Source: a virus
IMG/VR virus record: IMGVR_UViG_3300033145_000849
Location: 64,267 to 128,266 of that record
DNA length: 64,000 nt
Direction: 5' to 3' (one strand)
The notes beneath the pieces are model-generated. The model saw nothing but the letters and a program-made list of their open reading frames with translations, was not told the DNA's origin and made no database searches. Below are positions 40,649 to 50,027 of the stretch, piece after piece (position 1 is the first letter of the stretch; each line of letters starts with the position of its first letter). The translations under genes were made by a program, and so were the position numbers.

Positions 40649-42415
40649 CTACTCCTCTTTACCATCGATTAAATCATCTGGAGTTAAGGGTTGTACTACT
40701 TCTGCATCTATTATATCACTCTCTGCATGTCTCAGTTTCTTAAGTTCAACTTCTGCTTGTCTAGTAAGAAGCATTATCTTATTACGAAGTTCTGCTGCAG
40801 AGTTTGAAGGATCGTCATTACCTCTTTGTTTAAGCGCTGCTTCTCTTTTGTATTTTTCTTGTCTGTCCCCAACCATTAGCTTAACTAATTTGGTTTTTCT
40901 ATTGTTTAAGCGCTCTTTAGTGTCAAAAAAGGCGTTTGTTTCCATTTTTGTAAGAATAGTACCGTCTTTATCTACCCCAACTATGCTTTCTTGTACTAAT
41001 TCAGCATGTTTTGGTTTAGAAAGGTTGTTATTTAGTCTCCATAACATCAATTCTATCTCAGCTAGCTCTCGTACCATTTGTATTTCAGTGAATGAACTCT
41101 CATCTATATGATAGTCGTGAATATACAATCGGGTATATTCGTTCAATAAGTTTACTTCTATAAGACAATTATGAGTAACAATTCCATTGGCCAAATAGGT
41201 ATGATGATTATCAACCTCAAGACTATAGACTATGCCATCATAATCATATCGTTCAATTTCGATAGGTTCCTTATTTGGAACTTTTTCGCCATGTTTCCTT
41301 CTCTTCATCTCGGGACCATCAATAGTAGCAACATCCATACAACCGGAGATAAGATTACAAGCCCTTATCTTTAATAATCTGCTCATAGATCCTAGCATGG
41401 AGTTAAAATCAGACTTTCTGCTCCAAATTGGATAATCAATAGATAACCCGATCTCTTTAAGTTTCTGTGTAATAAATTGACTACCAGGAGAATTTCTCCT
41501 ATGATGTTCGTCTAATTGTTCCTGGGTAACCCACTTATACAAACCGTTCCATTTAACCTTCTTTGTCCCATCTGAAACAGCAATAAAACATGTTTTGGTA
41601 GTTCTAAATCTCAGAGAAAGCTCTTCTTCTGCTAACATCGCCTCTGTATTTGTATTGTAAAGACCCAATATCCAAATATCGTCAGCTTGCTCTCTTTGAG
41701 CTCTTGAAGTTATTCCAGAATACCTTTTGCTTTTGGTTTCTTTAAACAATACTGTTTTTCCTATCCTCCAGCTGTCTCCTCTTCTCATTAAATATACAGC
41801 AAATTTATTAAAAGCATTTTTGTTCCACCTTGCCATGCAAATGTGATCAACAGTACAATCATAGTGTCCATAGAGAGTCTTAATCCGGACCATTTGACCC
41901 TTATAGTCTCTACTTCCCAATTGAAAATGTGCCCCACCTCGAGAAGAATGTTCATAGCTAGAAATATAACTACTTTTACTATGAAATACAGCCACTTTGT
42001 CTTCTCCAACTTTTAGTTCTTCAATAGGAACCTGGCCTTGATTAACTGTCTGGATGAGGGTTCCTGGGGGATGACAAGCTCTACCTATTGGAGTTTTCTT
42101 CATTTTTACAAATAGACATTGAGGAGCGAAAGGACATTTTGCTCCTCCACCACAAGTTAAGGGTATCGCCGCACTTGCTCCTGTCGATAGATGAGTCAGA
42201 TGACTCTTGATTTTGTTGGCTTCTTCACGAGTAAACTCAATATCTGAATAATCATCCGGAATCAATTCCAAGAACTCGAAGAAATTGGTCTTATATTCTT
42301 TACCATCATTCTTGATAATGGTTCCATTCAACTTAATGAGATCTGTACTTTCCTTTTTAGGTTCAGCCAAAACAAAACTCCTGTTGTCCTGGAATATAGT
42401 GCGGCGCTTGCTCAA
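40649..42415 (-). CDS. Cys4 protein with intein (possible terminase small subunit)
   Basis: Spliced product has C..CPF..C...GRAC Zn-type motif and a helical C-terminus. The TerS call is positional inference only. Confidence 0.5.
   Translation of the reverse strand: MSKRRTIFQDNRSFVLAEPKKESTDLIKLNGTIIKNDGKEYKTNFFEFLELIPDDYSDIEFTREEANKIKSHLTHLSTGASAAIPLTCGGGAKCPFAPQCLFVKMKKTPIGRACHPPGTLIQTVNQGQVPIEELKVGEDKVAVFHSKSSYISSYEHSSRGGAHFQLGSRDYKGQMVRIKTLYGHYDCTVDHICMARWNKNAFNKFAVYLMRRGDSWRIGKTVLFKETKSKRYSGITSRAQREQADDIWILGLYNTNTEAMLAEEELSLRFRTTKTCFIAVSDGTKKVKWNGLYKWVTQEQLDEHHRRNSPGSQFITQKLKEIGLSIDYPIWSRKSDFNSMLGSMSRLLKIRACNLISGCMDVATIDGPEMKRRKHGEKVPNKEPIEIERYDYDGIVYSLEVDNHHTYLANGIVTHNCLIEVNLLNEYTRLYIHDYHIDESSFTEIQMVRELAEIELMLWRLNNNLSKPKHAELVQESIVGVDKDGTILTKMETNAFFDTKERLNNRKTKLVKLMVGDRQEKYKREAALKQRGNDDPSNSAAELRNKIMLLTRQAEVELKKLRHAESDIIDAEVVQPLTPDDLIDGKEE
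41168..42076 (-). mobile_element. Intein with GIY-YIG-like insert
   Basis: IGRA|CHPPGT...CTVDH...VYSLEV...ANGIVTHN|CLIE; 303 aa; insert AVYLMRRGDSWRIGKT...R...EAMLAEE. Confidence 0.85.
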
Positions 42416-42614
42416 GGTAAAACATTCTCTCTATAAAAGCTGCTGTACCAGAATGCATAATAACATGTTGAGACTGAGCTTGTTCTCCTACAATTTGGGC
42501 AAATATTCCAAACAATTCTTCCATTGCTCTACTTTCCGGCCGTAGATCTTCCTCTGTTACTCTAATAGATGCAGAATAAGAGTCCCCAACCTCAATAATG
42601 TCGTCATCTCCCAT
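42363..42614 (-). CDS. Hypothetical protein
   Basis: 83-aa ORF with overlapping neighbours and GGGG RBS-like sequence. Confidence 0.45.
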   Translation of the reverse strand: MGDDDIIEVGDSYSASIRVTEEDLRPESRAMEELFGIFAQIVGEQAQSQHVIMHSGTAAFIERMFYLEQAPHYIPGQQEFCFG

Positions 42615-42855
42615 AATTATCCCCTTCTAGCTTTCTAATGCCGGCTAAAACCTTCAATAGAGCCTCTTTAACATCTTCATAATGTTTAGAATAAAAGAGA
42701 TGAGAAGACTTTAGGGCATAGGTACAGTCCCTGCCACGCTCACCGTGTTCCGCGAACCAAATATATTTCTCTAACATTTCTTTACCAAAGGACTTTTCTA
42801 GTTTCCATAGTAGATCTAACAGTTCTTCACGTGGGTTTCTAGCACTTCTGTCCAT
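42604..42855 (-). CDS. Hypothetical protein
   Basis: 83-aa ORF with AGGTGA RBS. Confidence 0.55.
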   Translation of the reverse strand: MDRSARNPREELLDLLWKLEKSFGKEMLEKYIWFAEHGERGRDCTYALKSSHLFYSKHYEDVKEALLKVLAGIRKLEGDNYGR

Positions 42856-42862
42856 TAATCAC

Positions 42863-45130
42863 CTATAACTTTCCACCATGTGTCCATTTATACCCATCTA
42901 CAGCTACTTCTAGTAGAGCTACATCGGTATTGCTACCACCATCGTCATCTAATTCAAATCTAACAAACACTTGGTCCCCTTCATAATAGTCTGATATATC
43001 AAATGGTTCAAACTCTACACTAATAATCTTGTCTGCTACTGACAAATCAACGTCACTAACAGCAACAACTTGTGCATTCTTTGCTACTACTGTCTCTGTA
43101 TTAGCTACTGTTCTTGCAATTGGAGTATGATTTGCCCCTCCTGTAGGATCTGCCACTTTTACTCCAGCAATCTGAACTGGAAGGAGAGACATAATGAAGT
43201 CAACATTAGCCCCCGGATTGCCTGTAGGCAATACTTTAGCATACATATGCATAGGGAAGGAAGTGTCAATTCCATATGGAAGAGTAAATTGAAAATGCAC
43301 AGCATCGCCATTGGTATTTAAGTTACTATTCTTGATATTGTGGTCCCACTGAGTAGGTGCTCCACCGGCTCCAACAGTATGAGTAACGTCGCCGACTGCT
43401 CCTTCTTCTCCAAAGATGTTACCTGCTGCTAGTACAGTGTGCTCGAATCTGGAATTTCCATGATAAGTATCTGTACCATCTGCATTTTTCTCAGATCTAC
43501 TAGTAGACAGTTTAAACTGTTGAAAAACCGGGGAAGTTGTAACTGTTGTAGCAATTCTTATCCTTGCCCAGTATAAATTCTTACTGTCAATAGTCTTCTG
43601 AACCCATGTTGTACCACCATCGACACCAAATCGGATATGTTCAGAAATATTGGATCTAATAAACAACTCATTGCCATACCTGTGAAACAAACTACTGTGA
43701 GTAGCCATTGTTCCAACTTCAGTCCATGCTGCACCAGTCCAAATCTCAATTGCATATGATTTTGGTGCAACTTCAGTAGTGGCTGTAGTTTGCAATACTT
43801 TAATGCCATAAAATTTAAGATTACCAGAAACTACGTTGATTCTGTTTGAACCGAATAGAATACTATGGCCGTCAGTTACTCCTTGAAAAGAGAAAGTAGA
43901 TGCAGATGCAGATTGAGCAGATGTAGAAACATCTGTTAAATTACCACCATCTGCTGCAGCTCCTGCAGTGCTATCTGTGGTGATAACGACCATGTCCTTA
44001 GTGTAGGAGTCCCCTTCACCGAAAACGGCCTCACGGCCCAACTCAGGGCTTCCTACGGCTAATTCTAGAGAGGTTACTACTGCTGGATCCCCTTCTTTCA
44101 TGTCTATATGATTAGTCCTAATTCCATCCCAATCTAAAACACTAAAATGATCGGACCTCATCTTGCTTCCAACAAGTTCTAGAATACCAGAAGCAAATTC
44201 CTGTTCTAAATGATTTGCAACACCATCTTCAACAATTACTCCTGCTCCATGTATGTTTCCTCCACTGCCCACTTTTAGACCTGTTGTAACGTCTTCTTCT
44301 ATTGTTATAGACATTAGATCTAAGTGGCCACCATCTTCTGCATATAGTCCTGTGGTCCCTTCTGAAGCTAAAGAGTTAGAGACAGTCATATTGGAACCTG
44401 AGTGTACACAATGATATCCTGTCGTTGATGTGCTAAAAATATTCGCAGAAACAATTGTACCTTGCTCAAAAGACTTCTGGCCAGTACCTGTTGGGGCGAA
44501 ATATTTAGATTCTTTAACAAATAGGCGGGAATCTAATCCACTTGCTGCTACACCTGTTTCTCCAACTGTAAACTGGCAGTTAGTTACTTCTGCATCTACA
44601 CCAGAAGCTGGAAGAACACAGATGGCACTAGTAGGTCCAACAATATTAAATCCTGCTAATGTAGCTCTGGCGTCAAGAGTGATAAAGTCATAGTCATTGT
44701 CAGTAGTAATAAGAACAGCAACGGATTGTCCACCAACCACAGTGTATGAAGGTATGGTAAATGGCTGTTCTATATATGTGCCTGGACTTACATCTATATA
44801 ATAGGGTTTTGCAGCACTAGAATCAGTAATTGAGTCACAAGCAGTTTTAATGCTGTTAAAGTCTGCAGCGGCTGTAGGGCCTACATTTAAATATTCTGGA
44901 CTTATTGAAGAAGAAGCTCCATCAATAACAATTACTCCATCAGATGTGGAAAGATGGGCATTTGTTCCATCATGATACATTTCCAGGTATATTGAATTAT
45001 TCCCTGGTGACAATAATTGGAGTTTATCCTCTACTTGTACAGTGTCTCCTGTATCACAAGATCTAAATGGCCCAGAGAAAGAATCTCCATCACTAACATT
45101 TGTCTTTACTGCTATTTTTCTTTTACCCAT
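42863..45130 (-). CDS. Tail spike/fibre-like protein with beta-helix (pectin-lyase-like) region
   Basis: ADFNSIKTACDSI...YIDVSPGTYIE beta-helix cap followed by Gly/Ser/Thr-rich strands. Confidence 0.6.
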   Translation of the reverse strand: MGKRKIAVKTNVSDGDSFSGPFRSCDTGDTVQVEDKLQLLSPGNNSIYLEMYHDGTNAHLSTSDGVIVIDGASSSISPEYLNVGPTAAADFNSIKTACDSITDSSAAKPYYIDVSPGTYIEQPFTIPSYTVVGGQSVAVLITTDNDYDFITLDARATLAGFNIVGPTSAICVLPASGVDAEVTNCQFTVGETGVAASGLDSRLFVKESKYFAPTGTGQKSFEQGTIVSANIFSTSTTGYHCVHSGSNMTVSNSLASEGTTGLYAEDGGHLDLMSITIEEDVTTGLKVGSGGNIHGAGVIVEDGVANHLEQEFASGILELVGSKMRSDHFSVLDWDGIRTNHIDMKEGDPAVVTSLELAVGSPELGREAVFGEGDSYTKDMVVITTDSTAGAAADGGNLTDVSTSAQSASASTFSFQGVTDGHSILFGSNRINVVSGNLKFYGIKVLQTTATTEVAPKSYAIEIWTGAAWTEVGTMATHSSLFHRYGNELFIRSNISEHIRFGVDGGTTWVQKTIDSKNLYWARIRIATTVTTSPVFQQFKLSTSRSEKNADGTDTYHGNSRFEHTVLAAGNIFGEEGAVGDVTHTVGAGGAPTQWDHNIKNSNLNTNGDAVHFQFTLPYGIDTSFPMHMYAKVLPTGNPGANVDFIMSLLPVQIAGVKVADPTGGANHTPIARTVANTETVVAKNAQVVAVSDVDLSVADKIISVEFEPFDISDYYEGDQVFVRFELDDDGGSNTDVALLEVAVDGYKWTHGGKL

Positions 45131-45286
45131 AGTTTGTCCCTTCCTAATCAGTGTGAAACGTCCTGACTATTGGTTTATTTTATTATGTAAAGCGTTAGCT
45201 CTCGCTAGGATTTCTAATGAAACATTATCCTTAAAAAGAAAGGTTTCGCCGTTTTTGTGTATCTGGGGTCTCTCTGTGTCTGTATA

Positions 45287-45295
45287 AGAATAGCA
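45287..45295 (-). promoter_or_regulatory. Candidate extended -10 promoter TGcTATTCT heading the structural arm
   Basis: Intergenic, upstream of 45130. Confidence 0.3.
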
Positions 45296-45396
45296 TAGTG
45301 GAAGGATATTTCGAGGGAAGGGGGAAAAAGGGGTAATGGGGCCGATTTCAAGTTAAATTATATATGAGAAATGGTGATATAGCTGAAATCTGTTTT

Positions 45397-45780
45397 TTAA
45401 GAAGTAGACCAAGTCCGTATTCTATGACAGTTAGAGCAAACAACTTCACATTTAGCAATTTCATCTAGAATCTGTTGAACAGGATAATCTTGACTTACCA
45501 TCTGTGAAACATTCGCCACTTTCTGTGCTGGATCAATATGATCGAAATCCATTACATAAAAAGGATACTCATTTTTACAATCAGCACATGGCTTATTCTT
45601 AGCTTCTCGTATTACTTGTTGGCGAGTCTGACGAGTTTGCCTTCTGTGTTCCTTCCTGTAAGAACTCTTACATTGTTTACAAAGTGAATATAGGCCGTCT
45701 TTAGACGAAGGATTAGCATAGAAATATTCAGATGTACGAGGATAGGATTCACCACATTCATTACAAGTTTTTGGGTCCAT
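45397..45780 (-). CDS. HNH endonuclease
   Basis: CNEC...CKQC, CADC...DFDHID...EIAKCEVVCSNCHRIRT. Confidence 0.85.
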   Translation of the reverse strand: MDPKTCNECGESYPRTSEYFYANPSSKDGLYSLCKQCKSSYRKEHRRQTRQTRQQVIREAKNKPCADCKNEYPFYVMDFDHIDPAQKVANVSQMVSQDYPVQQILDEIAKCEVVCSNCHRIRTWSTS

Positions 45781-45969
45781 TCAAATACTGTACCCATTAA
45801 TAAGGCTAAAATCAATATATTTTATGAAGGTCCTTATGAATATATACACATATAGAGACTCCTTATTCCTAAAGGGGACCCATTGCGGGACTCCTACATT
45901 TTACCAATAAGTCCCATGTTCTGAATGGTCAGGTATGGGTCACATGAACCATTAACAAGGAGAGATGAT

Positions 45970-46245
45970 ATGAGCCTGTGGAATACGATCAAAGACGGAT
46001 TCAATAGTGGATACAATAGTGGTGTGGCTAATGATGTTAAGACATGTCTTCCTGGTACGAAGGCAGAGGCCGTTTTCCATGGTGGTGTGGGTACTACCGC
46101 TGTGGTAGTAGCTGCCTGGTCTGTACCTGAGACTGTTGGGTTCTGGGCAGTGCAGGCAGCAATATGGCCGACTGCGTTGATGGCTGTGGTGGCGAGTGTG
46201 GTGGTGGTTGGTGGTGTTAAGTACTACCTTATCAAGAAGAGTTAG
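45970..46245 (+). CDS. Small membrane protein, first gene of the plus-strand arm
   Basis: AAGGAGAG RBS before MSLWNT; two hydrophobic segments. Confidence 0.6.
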   Translation: MSLWNTIKDGFNSGYNSGVANDVKTCLPGTKAEAVFHGGVGTTAVVVAAWSVPETVGFWAVQAAIWPTALMAVVASVVVVGGVKYYLIKKS

Positions 46246-46257
46246 TGCTGGTGTAGT

Positions 46258-46352
46258 CCCCTCTCAGGAGGGGGCTTACCTATAGCTACAACTATGTGTT
46301 GTGGTTATAGGTGAGCAGTGGTGTGTTATGTGTATGGCCCCCGTAAGGGGGC
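46258..46352 (+). ncRNA. Cluster of RNA hairpins (candidate structured RNA or processing site)
   Basis: 19-bp stem with G-U pairs at 46274-46316; gccccc-GTAA-gggggc GNRA hairpin at 46337-46352. Confidence 0.35.
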
Positions 46353-46834
46353 GTAGTAGTGAGGTGTTAGCTATAGTGACAGGTTGTACTAGCAGTAGGT
46401 GCTTGTGTCCATAAGATAGAAGGATTGGGCCGGCGTATGGTACAGAGCCGGGCGTATATTCCCTTCCCTTACGGTACTAGACATAGTTGTACTACAAGTA
46501 CCCCAATTATGCTAAAAGCCATTCTCACCCGACAAGACCTTATTGTAAGGCATTCTAGCAATAGGGATGTACAGGTATATAGGGGTGCTGAGACAGGGGA
46601 AGGGGATGTGGCTAGTGCTACTGGTATGTCCTGTATAGGCATACTTCTGGTAAGTAGCTGAATTAATACTAGTTAAACTAAGTTAACCTATAAGTATAGG
46701 GGGATGGTCTTCTATGCTAGGTAACAGTGTACTGTGTATACCGTAAAAGAAAGGTAATGGGTGTGTAGGTAAGGTAAGATAGGCCGTTTTTGTAGTGATT
46801 AACTGTCCCTGTATAGGGATAACAGGAGAAAGAC

Positions 46835-47044
46835 ATGGCAACGTTTAAGTTGGAAGTACCGGCAAGGTATGCAGAAGATTTTAATATCAATGTAGTAGCA
46901 CCTGTGTTGGTGCATAGTCTCACTTGTGAGAGTGAGCCGGTTGTTGTTGATGAGGATGCTCTGTTGTGGGAGTTCTTGGCCGATTTGGACATGGGTGAGT
47001 TGGAGAGAGTGGTAGAGAGACATTTTGTTGAACTGTGTAAGTAA
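46835..47044 (+). CDS. Hypothetical acidic protein
   Basis: AGGAG RBS; 69 aa. Confidence 0.6.
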   Translation: MATFKLEVPARYAEDFNINVVAPVLVHSLTCESEPVVVDEDALLWEFLADLDMGELERVVERHFVELCK

Positions 47045-47066
47045 ACAATTTAACCAGGAGGATACG

Positions 47067-47921
47067 ATGATAGGTAATTATGCAGACATGACGGTTGTGA
47101 TGGATGATATGGACGCCGATTTGATGATGGCATGTCCAGGTATACTAAACGATAAAATGCTGGCAGAGGTCCTGTGGGAGCTTCTGATGGGGCATGGACC
47201 ACAGGTTGTGGAAGAGGAAGAGTATAAGGACTGTATGCCGGTAGTTAAGTATGGTTTGGTAGAGAAGCGAGACTGGGAAGTAGAGAAGCGAATTTCTATC
47301 TTTGTTGAAGGCTTACATGGGATGCCTGAAAGGAAGTATATGTGGGTAGATGGGGCATGTGTGTCACAGCCGTATTTCACACGGAGTGGGGATAGGCCGG
47401 TTTGTCTACCAGAAGCAGAGACTAATGACCTTAAGCGTAGTGTAGGTGGGTGGAGTGATATATGGGCGTCTTCTATCGTTAGTGAACGTGAGCCTGGATT
47501 CACAGATGAACAGGTTAAAGAGATCTATGGCAACTATAGGGTGGTAGTTGATTGGGTCGCAAAACATAAAGATGACAAGCAGTTACTTAGACGTGGATGG
47601 GGAGCTTTCTGGAAGCGTATCTATAAGGAGAAGGCTGCAGGTACTAAGCATCTGTATATGTGGCAGAAGCATATCAATGCAGTTAAAGAGTGCTTTGGTC
47701 AGTATGGTATAGCTGCTAGGAAGAAAGTAGCACGCGCCAACCCGAGCTCTTGTGCTTCGCTCCCTTCGGTCGCTCAAAGTAAAGCCAACCCGAGCTCTTG
47801 TGCTTCGCTCCCTTCGGTCGCTCAAAGTAAAGCCAACCCGAGCTCTTGTGGCTCGGTTTCCCCTCGAAGCAACAGCGCCAACCCGAACGTCGGAGCCTCG
47901 CTCCCTTCGGTCGCTCGTTGA
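47067..47921 (+). CDS. Hypothetical protein, paralog of 52645-53337; C-terminus runs into the tandem repeat
   Basis: AGGAGG RBS before MIGNY; shared SxPYFTxxGxRPV motif. Confidence 0.6.
   Translation: MIGNYADMTVVMDDMDADLMMACPGILNDKMLAEVLWELLMGHGPQVVEEEEYKDCMPVVKYGLVEKRDWEVEKRISIFVEGLHGMPERKYMWVDGACVSQPYFTRSGDRPVCLPEAETNDLKRSVGGWSDIWASSIVSEREPGFTDEQVKEIYGNYRVVVDWVAKHKDDKQLLRRGWGAFWKRIYKEKAAGTKHLYMWQKHINAVKECFGQYGIAARKKVARANPSSCASLPSVAQSKANPSSCASLPSVAQSKANPSSCGSVSPRSNSANPNVGASLPSVAR
47736..47917. repeat. 48-bp tandem repeat (2 exact and 2 degenerate units)
   Basis: gccaacccgagctcttgtgcttcgctcccttcggtcgctcaaagtaaa at 47736 and 47784; partial units at 47832 and 47877. Confidence 0.95.
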
Positions 47922-48183
47922 GGAAGCAATTCTCTTGCCATATCGTTCACTTCGTTCACTTAATGTCATTCGAATTGCAATTAACAGCAATACTCATGCC
48001 AGCATAGCTGGCATTTGTATTGCAGAATCATTGTTCTTCCATACATACCTGGTATGACAAGTTTGACAGAGAGAGATGGGAGAGGGTAGTCATTTGATTA
48101 GCTGCTTTGCAGCCTTGCCTCTTCTTCTAGTGTAATTATTGTTTTATAGTTTAGGGTATTTACCCTAAGGGAGGAAATGAAAG

Positions 48184-48390
48184 ATGCCGAAAGATATGAA
48201 AGAAGGATTCAACGATCCTGATGGTTGGGGTATGAAGACAGAATACAATGCTGGAAGCAAAGAACTTACTTTCTTTGTAATTGATTCTAGTGGTGATGAT
48301 TCAGGTTGTGTATCTCTCAATCTTGACCAAGTAAATGCACTCAAACATTTCCTTATGAAAATAGAAGAAATGTATAAAGAGGAGGAGTAG
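48184..48390 (+). CDS. Hypothetical early protein
   Basis: GGAGG RBS; packed operon. Confidence 0.6.
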   Translation: MPKDMKEGFNDPDGWGMKTEYNAGSKELTFFVIDSSGDDSGCVSLNLDQVNALKHFLMKIEEMYKEEE

Positions 48391-48612
48391 ATGAATAATG
48401 AAGTCCCTAGAGGAAGTGATACATATAAGCCGAGCTGTGATAGTGACCCTATCAGAGTCTATCATGATGAGGACAAAGAAAACCTACAAGGAGATGGATA
48501 TGATGGTCCTGGATGGTATTTCTGGGATGAGATGTGGGGAGAACTACATGGGCCATTTGGGACATTAGAAGAATGTAAACAAATACTTAATGCCTATGCT
48601 AGTAACTTGTAG
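48391..48612 (+). CDS. Hypothetical phage protein (GWYFWDE..W...GPF motif)
   Basis: GGAGGAG RBS. Confidence 0.65.
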   Translation: MNNEVPRGSDTYKPSCDSDPIRVYHDEDKENLQGDGYDGPGWYFWDEMWGELHGPFGTLEECKQILNAYASNL

Positions 48613-48621
48613 GAGAATAAT

Positions 48622-48852
48622 ATGACGTTTAAGTCTAAGTCTGAAGCTATGATGTCTATCCTTAAAGGGTTGAGTGGTAGGATAGATACGGCCGCGCTGA
48701 ACATTAGTAATGTAACTATGACTGTACAAGAAGGCTTCGTGGTTGATGGTCTTGTCCATGCAACAGGAAAGTATATGTATGTACAGCTATCTAATCGTAA
48801 AGTACTAGTGGATAGTTATACTATTCCATTCGACTTGGAAGAGGAGAGCTAA
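48622..48852 (+). CDS. Hypothetical protein
   Basis: AGGAG RBS. Confidence 0.6.
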   Translation: MTFKSKSEAMMSILKGLSGRIDTAALNISNVTMTVQEGFVVDGLVHATGKYMYVQLSNRKVLVDSYTIPFDLEEES

Positions 48853-48956
48853 ATGGAAATTATTATGGGTATCTTGTTCGCAATTCTTGTTGTTAGAGCA
48901 ATAGATAGAGAAATCTTCTCGAAGAAAGAAGATAAACCTCAACCAAAGGATAAGAA

Positions 48957-49361
48957 ATGAAACTACATAAGTATGTGACGTATAAGGCTATTACGTATTT
49001 ATATCAAGTAGTAGGCGGATTTATACAAGGCTTTGTTGGTGACAGTTATAAGAATAGGCATTTTAAAATCATGGGCGAAGTACTGTGTAGTAAAGAATGT
49101 CATGCAGCAGTTAAGAAAGTGATGGAGGAGTCATACGTTTTAGGTATTACACCTCATCGCTTTAGAGTAAATGCTGCAGCAAATAAAGAATTTGCTAATA
49201 AGCTCATTGCTCTAGCTGAAGCTAGAGAGAAAGAAATGGGCGATCCTGTCGAGCAAGTTCTACAATCAATTAAGGACGAGTTAGCACAACGTAGAGACCG
49301 CGCAAATCTTCATGTAGTTAAAGGTATGCATGGTAGACCTCATAAACCTTATCCTAACTAG
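48957..49361 (+). CDS. Hypothetical protein
   Basis: 134-aa ORF with AAGGA RBS. Confidence 0.6.
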   Translation: MKLHKYVTYKAITYLYQVVGGFIQGFVGDSYKNRHFKIMGEVLCSKECHAAVKKVMEESYVLGITPHRFRVNAAANKEFANKLIALAEAREKEMGDPVEQVLQSIKDELAQRRDRANLHVVKGMHGRPHKPYPN

Positions 49362-49466
49362 CTAAATCTTAGCTCTTATAGCTTAAATCCTTGCTTAATG
49401 GTTAATATCTTAGTCGTTAAGGTTAATAATGATCAGTATATTCACCATTGTACAAAGGAGGATGTG

Positions 49467-49742
49467 ATGAAAGAGCCTAAAGCTGAACAGTATACGGTCG
49501 ATAGATATGTCATGAACGTAGAACATGCCCGTCAGTGGCTAGATTCACGCGAAATGACTATGGAAAGGGTGATGAATACCGATTCATTTGTCATCTGTTA
49601 TGGGGATGGCAATGCAATAGGATTGAGTCGGCCGTCTCCTCTCATTCCCTTTACTCTTAATCTTTATATTGATGAAGACAGAGTAATGGAAGTTGATATT
49701 GAAAGTATGACTCAGGAGGATAGAGATGCACTCCCTTTTTAA
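49467..49742 (+). CDS. Hypothetical protein
   Basis: Start moved to ATG behind AGGAGG. Confidence 0.55.
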   Translation: MKEPKAEQYTVDRYVMNVEHARQWLDSREMTMERVMNTDSFVICYGDGNAIGLSRPSPLIPFTLNLYIDEDRVMEVDIESMTQEDRDALPF

Positions 49743-50016
49743 ATATAAAGTAGGTGACACAGTCATTGTACGTTCTAACGAAGATCAACCTTATTGGGTA
49801 GGTTCAGTGCTTCATGAAGACTCATTTCCTACACGAGGTGATAAGATCCCATTGGTTATTAGACATAGTGATCAAAAAGAATTTATGGTCATGGGCATGG
49901 TAGTGCAACATGACATGGTTCTTGTTGCTGAATTGGAAAAACGCAGTCCCAAAGAACAATGGGACTATCTCAAACATCTCAAGTATGGAGACAAAGCCGA
50001 CCAATACATTGGTTGA
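49726..50016 (+). CDS. Small SH3/KOW-like protein
   Basis: FKYKVGDTVIV N-terminal motif. Confidence 0.5.
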   Translation: MHSLFKYKVGDTVIVRSNEDQPYWVGSVLHEDSFPTRGDKIPLVIRHSDQKEFMVMGMVVQHDMVLVAELEKRSPKEQWDYLKHLKYGDKADQYIG

Positions 50017-50027
50017 GGAGGAATACA

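Noticed and set aside
645-45287. Many short plus-strand ORFs in the track
   Set aside because: Antisense shadows of long minus-strand structural genes; no RBS or motif support.
47736-47917. CRISPR array
   Set aside because: Units are contiguous tandem copies with no unique spacers, and no cas genes are visible.
49358-49400. Short tagct/aaatc repeats
   Set aside because: Low-complexity AT-rich sequence with no clear periodicity or second occurrence.
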